Below the pieces are notes generated by a model. The model saw only the letters and a list, made by a program, of their open reading frames with translations. It was not told the DNA's origin and ran no database searches. From Chlorokybus atmophyticus (lineage: Eukaryota; Plantae; Mesostigma and Chlorokybus algae): DNA of 53,610 nt. This document shows positions 12,508 to 22,563 of this stretch, one piece after another; within the stretch, counting starts at the first letter, position 1, and each line of letters opens with the position of its first letter. A program made the translations under genes and the position numbers. The stretch is from positions 316,757 to 370,366 of the forward strand of contig RHPI01001616.1 in the NCBI GenBank assembly GCA_009103225.1. The letters are read 5' to 3'.

Positions 12508-13200
12508 GCATTTGCTCACAGTGCTTGTTGTGACTTTGAGAATGTTTTCAAGGTCGCAGTTGAAGCGCGATCGGAGTGTTTGCAAGGACGAACACTGCCT
12601 TTTGCTGGCAATACCTACCAGTTTGCAGACTATTCCCGGTATTTTTTTCAACGCTTCCAAAAAAGTGGTTGCAAGCATTCAGGCGCATTTCTTGTTGCTG
12701 TAAGCACTATAGATAGCTGCTGCTGGGGGCGGCGGCAGGAGAGGCGAGTTTGGCAGGAACGTTGGTGACCTGAGCCAGTACGCGTTTAGGCTTGCGTAGC
12801 TACTTTGGCAACAAGCAGTTGCTTTGTCAAGATGCTAGGTTGCACAGCATGCTGAGCTTTGGGACATGCATTGTCACAACAGTACAGTTGCAACTTGCCA
12901 CGCACACCGCAGCACCAAGCATGCACAGCTGGCCTGTGTAGAAGCTGGTAACCTTTGATAAACTTTGAGGCAAACATGCCAGCCATGAAAGGGCGCTGCA
13001 TGCCCAGCACAAGCATGACCAGCGTTGGTGCTGCATGCCTGTTGGTGTTGCAGCATTGGTGTTGAGTACGGCCTCTACCTACACATCAAGAGCTTAGGCT
13101 ATGCTGGCTTCTCTCCACTGCTGCCATCGCAGCTCTCGTGTACCAAAAAGCCTGCGCGGAGCTTCAGCAACGTACAGCTGTTGCGTCCTCATGCGTTGTG

Positions 13201-13340
13201 GGGCAGGCTTGTTGCACCTAAGGTAGACGGATCAAGTGGCATGCTTCACTATGCGGTTATGCGTACTGCTGGGCAGGCCTGTTGCACCCAAGGTAAACGG
13301 GTTAGTAGGCGTGTTTCACTGTGTGGTTAGGCATGCTGCT
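13201..13340. repeat. Two-copy 70-bp tandem repeat
   Basis: 13201-13270 aligns with 13271-13340 without gaps at 55/70 identity; most mismatches are transitions. Confidence 0.85.
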
Positions 13341-13585
13341 TGGGCTCTTGGACGATTCAGCCCCTCCTTGCGACTCAAGTAGTTTACCCGTTCTGCATTT
13401 GCTCCCTGACTTGCTGTCCAGGTCCTGATTGCAGCCGCATGTTCATGCTATCCTTGGTGGTGCAGTCTCGACAGTACGTGTACAGTGTTCAACTGCATTG
13501 ACTTCACTTGGCACCCTAGCACAGCTTAACATGTACAGTATACACAAGTACATCCCAATACAAAACCTTCTAAAGCCCAACATCC

Positions 13586-15986
13586 TCAACCGCGTTTGAA
13601 GAACGCATCCAGCTTGCACTGCTTGTCCGGAGTCACCTTCGCGCTACTCTTCGCACCTTTCGTCGGAGAAGACTTCACCCCTTTGGCTGGGGATTGTTGT
13701 GTCTTTGTTGGCGTGCGCGTCTTTGCAGGTGAGGAAGGCAAACTCTCACTCCTTCTCCTCAACTGTATGCCTTGACTCCTCACTGCTTCCTTTGCTGCAA
13801 CTCCCTCTCCTCTCTCCTCTTCTCTCTCTTCTCTTTCCTCCTTTTCTTCTCTCTCATCCTTAACCTTTGCCTCCACATCATCACGAACAGGAAGTTCATC
13901 AGCCATCTCATCTGCATTGATGGTGGCCACGCCAGCAACTTCGGCCCGATGCTCGTCTTTCAGTCTGGATTCAACAGCAGCAGCAGCAGCTTCTTCATCA
14001 TCATGCTCTACAGGTAAGCCACTTCTATACTCGCGCGTGTCACACGAGTCCTCAGTATCAAGCTTCACATGCTTGCTTTCTGGCAGAGGCAAAGAGGCTT
14101 CCTTTTCTTCTTTAACTCTTTCATCTCCCTTCCTTTTGGCCCCGAACAATCTGGCTATCTGGCTGGTGGCGGCGGTTGTTTTGGCTTCTTCATGCACTTC
14201 TTTGCAGCATTCGGGCCCGTCGTAGTTCATTCGGTTCATCTCCGGCGTGACGCGAAACCACACTAAGTCGCGGCCGTTGTACGGCTCGAAGAGTGTCTTT
14301 TCAGCTTTGCTTAAGTCTAAGTCTGGAGCGAGCCAAGTGTTGACTGCGGCCTCGTCGGGTAATATCACGGGCATCCGATCGTGCAGCCAGGAGAGAGACT
14401 TGGACGATCGAGTCGTCATAATGGTGAACCTGTAAGAAAAAATCAAACCTGTGCGTGTCCATGTGTGTGTATGAGTGTGTGTGCGCGCGCGCGTGTGCCA
14501 CTCTCGCATAAATGCCTAAGTAAGTGCTTGTGAGTGTGGGTGTGGGTGTGCGTGTACGTGCACACAAGCGTGTGCATGCATGCGCGCTTATGTGCATAAC
14601 TGCACGCGTGTGTGGGAGCGTGCACGCTCGTCAGAGCAAATCAAAGCAGAGCACTACATGGATGCTTACGTGTAGAGTGTTTCTCCATTGGCGTCCTGCC
14701 AAGTGTCATACAAAGCTGCCATCATGATTGGTCGCTCCTCGCCTTCCTTCCAATGAATGTACCACGGGAGCTTCTTGGCCCCTGTAGTATTAACATTCAC
14801 TCATCTGTGCATAATGGAACAAGCTTCTACATGTGTACCTTGTTTTTGCCACTCATAGAAGCCGTTGACCACAGCCACGCAGCGGTTGCGTGTGAGTAGG
14901 CGTCGGAAGGAGCTCTTGTCGCCGACGGTCTCGCTGCGCGCATTGAACATGCGGAAGAAGTTGGGCTTGTCGTCCTTGCGCGTGAAGCTCGGCACCAGTC
15001 CCCATCTCATTGCCTGCATGTACGCAGATTGATGCATACACGGGCATGCTTCGGACATGTGTGCAGATTGATGCATACATGCGCATGCACGAGCATGTAT
15101 GTATCTCACTCTGTATGCGTGTTTAAATGGGTGTGATATGCGTGATGTCCACGTATGAGTACGTACAACAAAGGCGCGTATGCACATTTGCACTCATGCG
15201 AGTATATGCATAAGTGCGCGCGCCTGCGTGCATGTGCGCGCATACATGCATGCATGCCCACACATACACGCGCGCGTGCAGTGATTGCGTACACAGAATA
15301 GCACGCGCGCATGCCTACTTTGTACTCGTGTACGCACAAGCTTCCTGACCTGCACGGTTCGACGGCCGCCATCCTTCTCGGCACGGACAACTGGTGCATA
15401 AAATCCCGGCGACACATTGTAGGACGGCCGATACCTGGATCGGAAGGTTGTAGCAATAAGCAGGAGCAATGTGCAATGTCAATCAGCGTGCAGAGGTGAC
15501 ATCAGTTACACTGCTACAGACAGAAAGCTGCCTCCTCACCTGTCCATGTCTCGCCATTGTTCGGGAGGCACATTCGTGTTGGTGGCGCTTTGCACCTGAA
15601 ACGGAACAAGGGGGGAGGAATGACGTCACGTGATGCACAAACAGATATGCGCCGTTGTTGTTTATACACATGCGTCACAACAGTACAGCATTACAACCGG
15701 TTTTGCTCAGCATGGCTGTAGCTCAGTCAAAGAACTTGAATGCGCACACATGCGTGCGTGTGAAAGTTTGTATGCACGCGTGTGTATGCATGTACAAATG
15801 CGCGCTTGTACGTTCATGTGTGTGCGTGCGCGTGCGTGTGCGTGGGTGGGTGGGTGGGCGCGTGCATGTGCAGAAGCAAACAAGACATACACATGCAAAT
15901 ATCACACCAGGTTTGATATCGAAGCACGCAACACAAGTAATGCGAACCTGTTCAGGGGCTAGCGTACAGCGCGTCCGCCCGCACAT
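13586..15986 (-). CDS. HMCES: SRAP-domain abasic-site processing protein (HMCES/YedK family); 6 exons
   Basis: Exons 15986-15948, 15595-15540, 15434-15350, 15013-14839, 14781-14670 and 14429-13586; phases are consistent. Motifs: MCGR (catalytic Cys2), YNVSPG, MRWGLVP, FNARSET, RC..VVNGFYEW, LHDRMPVIL; charged disordered C-terminal tail. Confidence 0.95.
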
Positions 15987-16470
15987 AGCCTCCTTCCTGC
16001 TTGCTGCGTCTCTCTTCCTCAGGTAAAGCGTCTATCTTGCCTGCTTGTGCGACAGCCTACCTACCTTAGGTGGTGTGGAGGTCAATCTAGTACAGTGTAG
16101 TCTAGGCAAGTCTAATCAAGTCTGGTCTAGTCTAGTCCAATGCAGTTCAGTGAACACAAGAAAGCAACCAGTGCATGTCCTTCTGCCTAGGTGCATGGCC
16201 CACAACCTTCAGCCCTCCTCTACGACATACTTTTCTCCTCCTCCAGCTCCTTTACTTCTCCTTGATTTCCTCCTCCTCCTCCTCCTCCTCCGCCGCCGCC
16301 GCAAAGTCTGCCGCCTCCTGCAATCAGCCTACTTCAGTCTTTCCCAGAGTGCATATTACCCGCCCGCTACGGCGGCGGCGGCCTTGTGTGCGCTGTGATG
16401 GAAGGGTTGACGTGGCCGCTGCCTTCTGCCGTTGTCCTAGCCTGGCCGGGCCGGGGCGGGCCGGGCCGGG

Positions 16471-16523
16471 CCTGGTGCCTGGCCTGTTCTGGCCTGCCAG
16501 GCCAGAACAGGGCAGGCACCAGG
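16471..16523. repeat. Near-perfect 26-bp GC-rich inverted repeat (hairpin)
   Basis: Arms 16471-16496 and 16498-16523 pair with 1 mismatch around a 1-nt loop; preceded by CCGGG repeats. Confidence 0.9.
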
Positions 16524-17519
16524 ATGCTGAACCCTAGCCTGCTGCTCAGGTCAGAGTTGGCACGACGTAACTTACCTGTCTTAACAGTCCTCCACACTTC
16601 AGCAGATGCAACTTACCAACCTAAAGACCAATCGACACCACGCATTTGAAAATACGAAAGACCAAGGTGATGGTTCGATAGCAGTTAAGACAAAATTGTC
16701 CTCAAAAGCCTTTGGCAAGCTTTGGTGTAATTAAGCAAATTGTAAAATTTTGTTTAAAACAGTCGGAAAATTTTGTATCTTAATAAAGGGTTGAAAAAGC
16801 GATTTGTGTATGCTGCGTAGGTGTGTAAATAATTAATAATAATAATTAAACGTATGCATTATAATAAGCTATATTCCACAAGGTGTGATCCAACAGTTAC
16901 AAATCATAGCTTGCAATACGCGTACACGACTTGATTCTATGTGCAACACTCCTGCGTTGCAAATAGCTGAATCAACTTTGAGCTTATCATGAACGCATTG
17001 TACTACGGAGACTTTTTCAACTTAATCAACGGTATGAACCTTAAGGCAAGTTTCTGTCGTGCCTTCGATCATTCCAGCTCGAACTCGAGCGCACATGTAA
17101 ATTGTGCATTGCTGCGCATGAAGGGGTGTGTGTCACTGTTGCAATTTTGATGCAACGTATAGGTTGCCTTTGCATGTACTTCAAGTGATGATTGAGTTTA
17201 AATCGCTTTACACGCGTAAACGGCTGATTGTCAGTCAAGTTGTGGTCATCTTGCGCTACCTTTTGCAAGGAGACACGCATCTTTCACTTGCATCTTATAA
17301 ACTTATTAGTACTAGCTTGTTTCCTGATTTGGTTGAATGCAAGTGAAAGATGAAATAAGCTAGCAAAGCCTTATATACCACCGTTGAGCCCAAGCCCAAC
17401 CAACTCTTCAACTACCCTAACCGTCAATCTGCACGAGCATAGTAACATTCATGATGTCGTTGAGAAATGATGGTAAAGAGTTAAGAAAGGCTTATCCAAG
17501 CTCATCCTGTTTAAGTTTA

Positions 17520-19300
17520 CTTCAAGACGCATCTATTGACGCCAACCCACGGCCAAACCGCCATCTCAGCTGTAAGTTATGGCTCCTTAAAGTCACAACT
17601 CCCAAACATCTGCGCGGGAAACCATAGTAACTCAAATATGTTGTCAGCTCGGCATCTGACTTTGGATACGCCTCGAACACACCTCCCTCACGTCCATGAG
17701 GACCCACATAAAAGTTCCAATGAAAACAACACACAAACCTCATTAAAATGGCTTCGAGAGTTGAAATGCCAAGGTCCATCTATGTCGCCAGCCCCAAGGG
17801 CACTATGCACTTATGACACTACATGCTCGTGTATGACATTTCGATGTAGATGAGCGCATTGTTCTTATGTAAGATTGTGGATGGCATTCACACAAAACTG
17901 GATACAAAATGGCTGTTGATTTGGGCCAAATGGCAATGGGAAGCTTTTCGTAAACTTCATTGTTTATAAGGGCATGGTCCCTCTGTTGAGCATAGCTCAT
18001 TGATGTGACATGTCGTGCATCGCGTGTGCAGCAACATCGTGAGGATATCCTCAAGACACAAGCTGAGGGTACTTTAACCATCGACTGCCATGATGATCCT
18101 TTTCTCATCCTCATTTCACCCTTTTCTCATTTTATCATCCGAAAGGTGAGTTGAGCATCGTGCACTTTCTTGCCTCCCCCCCCCCNNNNNNNNNNNNNNN
18201 NNNNNNNNNNNNNNNNNNNNNNNNNNNNNNNNNNNNNNNNNNNNNNNNNNNNNNNNNNNNNNNNNNNNNNNNNNNNNNNNNNNNNNNNNNNNNNNNNNNN
18301 NNNNNNNNNNNNNNNNNNNNNNNNNNNNNNNNNNNNNNNNNNNNNNNNNNNNNNNNNNNNNNNNNNNNNNNNNNNNNNNNNNNNNNNNNNNNNNNNNNNN
18401 NNNNNNNNNNNNNNNNNNNNNNNNNNNNNNNNNNNNNNNNNNNNCCGAAGCGCGTAGCTCAGAACTGACGCCTTGTAGGCGCATAATTGCTTTTTTGAGT
18501 GTTCGCAAATCTAAGTATTAATAAAAATGTTGGTATACAGCGACCTATGTATATTACTCATTTTATTTACATATTCTTATATGAACATTACAACAAGTTA
18601 ATTATGATTTTCATGGTTTGTGACTCGCTGAAATCAGATTGCATTTTGCATTACGTATACTGTAATTCACTTTCCATGTGCAATACTCATGCGTTGCAAA
18701 CTAATTCATACAACTTGTATATATGATATGCTAAAAAATTGAACTATTTATAAAGCGCGCAAAGTTGAAGAGCCTTTTGCAGCTTATCACCGCCATAAGT
18801 GTTGATACAATGCAAAACACCACAAATATAGCCAAATATTTAACAAATAACCAGGTTCATGTATAACACTGGAGTACTCTTGCCGAAGCATGTTGGTACA
18901 GAGACCGTGGTAGCATCCCGTGCAAACCATGACAGCCACGAGCGTTCAAATGCACACCTCTTGTGCGAAAGGATAACGATAACTTTGATAGCGGGACATG
19001 CCATTAAGTGTTGCGCTTTGACGCTAGAGCTGTACTAGCAATGGCAGCCCCCACTTGTTGCATTTGGTCTTGCGAGAGCTGGTGATGAGGGCTGCGGAAG
19101 AGGAGCTTCCGCCGGAGGGGCTTGTGCTGTCGGTGGTGGTCGCAACTCTCACGCTGGCTCTGCTGGACGCTACATTGGAGCAAGTCGAGGTGAGTGAGGA
19201 GAGGAGTAGAGTAGTAGATTTGAGGTAGGCAAGTAAGGAGGGGACACTGGGTTTATCACACAAGCTGAGAGGACTTATGAAGTTCAAGTGCAAGTTAAAG
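17520..19300 (-). mobile_element. Probable highly degenerate hAT-like DNA transposase remnant, interrupted by an assembly gap
   Basis: Minus strand: an S/T-rich leader, then KTKCNKWG followed in another frame by SVKAQHLMACP (a BED zinc finger CxxC..HxxxC if the second Cys became Trp). KRIIMAVDG*STLS at 18065-18105 resembles the hAT first-Asp motif DGW(S/T). Many stops; AT-rich context; AAGTGCAAG/TTGCACTT repeats at 19281-19375. Confidence 0.45.
18186..18444. other. Assembly gap (N run)
   Basis: N run preceded by poly-C. Confidence 1.
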
Positions 19301-22158
19301 AAGTACATAATCTTGCACTTGGACTTTTGAACTCCAAGTGCAAGTTAGACCATTTTCTTAAATTGCACTTGCAAACGCGTCAATTAATGGTGACAACTTG
19401 GCTATTGGTTATGAATACAAAGATGGTGGAGCTCGTCCGCCAGCATGGTCGGGTTTAATGGCGAGGGCAATTGCCATTAATGTTGCGGCATAATTGTGCA
19501 TCAAGGGCAAGCAATACGACAGTGCACAACCCTATAAGCAATAAAAGGTTGCGGCATGATGTTCAGCAACAGCCGCAATCTATTCATGCCCACTATACCT
19601 AATAATCAAGCATGTGACGGTGCTCGTGCCTTGTCACCTATGAGTTGGTCCAATCAACAACCCTCTCACCAAGACACGGTATTTACACCGGAACCTTGCC
19701 CCCTCTGCCAAGCACACACGCGCGCCCCGCCACTCGCGTACGCACGCGCATGCGCTCGAACCTACACACCGACTTGTGTAGCGCCTTGGATCGTCACACA
19801 AGCAAGCACACACCGGTGGACACACGCTAGCAACCCCTGCTAGCCACCACCAAGCTTGCACACCAGAAACTAGGGAGCTAAATGTTGTATTGCAAATTGT
19901 AGAATGTCACTATTATACCTACCAGTCTGCACATGCTATTGCCTAGACGATTCTAGCGCTAGACGGAACTAGAAGCTAAGATACTCTGGTAGAATCTTCT
20001 AGTACACTTCTAGACCTTTCCGCCGCACCAAAGATCTCCTCATTTGCTGCTCACATGGTCAGGTTATACTACTTGGCGCCAGGCCCTTCCAGAAATCTGG
20101 TCGAGCCCTTCTCGACTGGCCCTCCGTTTTCTGGCGTCTAACAGACTGGCCCTGGGCCGGCCGATATCTGCGGCAGACTCGCAACTCGCCGATATCCGCC
20201 ACAAGTTATGAAAAACATCATATCTCACAAGTAAGGCCTAAAATGGCCATGAAAATCACGAAATTTGGCCTTGACTGCTACAAAGCAGCACTCATGATAC
20301 AAGTTTAGCATCTCGTGCATGACATGTGCTTGGCATTATTGGGCACTTGCAACCGTTGCAAATGGCCTTGTGACAAGGCCATGTCACCTGTTTACAACCC
20401 ATAATATGATACAACAAATCAACACTCCCTTCAAGGCGCACCTTAACGTCGATGTCTTATTGGTCACGATGTACTACAATATGTACTACAAGGCAAGTGG
20501 TGCCTTTAGGCCATTCGCAAGTACATATGTACTATGAGAGCCTGAGTTTGTGATTCTAAGGTAGGATTGTCCCTATAAGAATCGGAGGTGTTTGATACTC
20601 ACGAGGAGGAGTGTATTTGTTTCGACCCTGGGACAAGGTCAGCGCATAGTGACAAGGCCTTAATGGCCTTGGACACCCTTTGTACCAGGTCGGAGAGCAA
20701 CATGTGGTACAAATGCTAAGTTGCATCCTTGAGTAGGGATTGGATCAGTTTTAATCAAGACCTCAGTGTGTATTTGCCTTACACGAGGGCCACTTGTGTG
20801 TAGGGTGCCTGATTGTTAGCTATTGAAGGGGCTCTCCCTCTCATCCCTTGTGGGGTTGTGCACTTGGGTGTGCTAAGCGTGTGTGTGTGCCAAGGGCTGG
20901 AGCTGAGTGGAGAGGCCGGTGGTCATCCTTTCCTCCCTTGGTGCTGTGCTGTAACTTCCGCTGCGAGGTGCTGCACTGGTGCTGCTAGTGGGGGCTTCAT
21001 CTATAAGTCCTTGGTGCTTATGCATAAGTTTGCATAGCCGATCAGCAGGTAAGTAAGTGGTATCATATGGCATTGTTACATAAGGTTTATTACAAACCAT
21101 GACTTTTGCAACAGATGTTACAATATATGTAACGTAGTCTTAAATGTAGTACATAATTGTACGTACAAGAACGTTGCATAACAAACTCAATGCACATGCG
21201 CACGCATGTAAACACCGTGACATAAAACACCCAAAAACCCATTTTATATGATTAATGAATTAATTATTACGTAATTTTGCTTATTTATGAAGTTCATTAA
21301 GGGGCGCTTATGCAGGTGTTAAAATTTAATTTTATTTAAACTTGTGTCATTTTTCATCACATAATATGTGATGAATCATTAAAGTCGTATTGTCGCTACA
21401 TGAGCACATCCAAAAAAAGGTTTGTATGAGAGGCTATGCGCCGAATAATTTTCGTTGTCAACTAGTATATGTGTCTATGCTCAGTTACCCGATGCATACA
21501 TACCGGTCTACCTCATCTACTTAACGCATGCCGGTATGTATGCCTTGAGTGTCTTTTTTTTATCAGATTGCAGCTGTTACATAGGTATTAATGCAATACG
21601 CATCATCACTGAAAAAAACCCTTAATTATAGCTGTTCCATTGACATTTACCTCAATCTGAAAGCACATGGTAAGTGATTGCCACTGATCACCATGATTAC
21701 GATATTCGATAAAACATTGTACATGTGCTCATATGTTTGATTGAACAAACAGTTCATAATATTATACTTCACATAATTCATGATTGGCTTCAGCTGATTG
21801 ACAACATCTTCGATAAGCAAGATGCATAAATGACGAGGCACACATGATACATGTCATGCGCCGTTATAGACATGCTATAAGAACGCTATCGTGTGGTAGT
21901 CCTACTACTGGTACATTATTGGCTGGTGAGATGCACGATTGTCTCGCGGAAAAATCTGCGTATTTGGCGACTTGCTGCTACATGTAAGCCTATGGGTCAT
22001 GCTTATCATGGCGCATGCATGAATTTGTTCGGCGGCGTACCTGGTTGCCTATTGCGTGGTTGTTACACGGCCAGCTGTCCGCTGCTGACATGGCGTCAAG
22101 TGGTAAGCACCCTGCGACGCAGGCACGACGCCGGGCAAGTTGCCCGGCGCAACGCGCC

Positions 22159-22359
22159 AACCAGTGCTCTGAACATCATCGGATATACCTTGAATGTAAT
22201 ACCCGGTCAAGGGCCTACCTAGCCGCCGACCTCCACGACCTTGCAGGCATGACGGCTGACTTGATAGCCCACTACGGCCGGTAGCTGATTACCCTATATC
22301 CGATGATGTTGAGAGCACTGGTTTGTGTTGCATTGGGTAGAAACCCAATGCAACACAAA
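22159..22359. repeat. MITE-like or foldback element: 29-bp inverted repeats plus an adjoining 17-bp hairpin
   Basis: 22159-22187 and 22295-22323 are reverse complements at 28/29. 22322-22359 is a perfect 17-bp stem with an AGAA loop. Confidence 0.75.
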
Positions 22360-22563
22360 TTTGCATTGGGTAGAAACCGGCCTGTCAACTTGATTGTCCG
22401 AAACTGACCAGTAGGCCTAGCCTATACCTATACCAAGGCGCGCAGTGCTCGTTAGCAAGCCCACTTGTCTGTTTTTCATGAAAATGCGGCGACGCTTCGC
22501 TTCCTCAGTGTCCTCTGTGCAGTTCGTTTTGTTCCCCGCAAAGACGCCTGCGCGGCCAGGCTC

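Noticed and set aside
17128-17346. FDATYRLPL resembling a MULE transposase D-x-T-Y motif
   Set aside because: A single short match that lacks the TN-x-Y spacer and any other MULE motif.
18116-18508. ORFs spanning N runs (also at 41885-42172 and 49208-49684)
   Set aside because: Artefacts of translating assembly gaps.
21058-21065. TGGTATCA as an LTR primer-binding site
   Set aside because: Only 8 nt match, no CA end directly upstream, and no gag/pol downstream; kept only as a weak hint.
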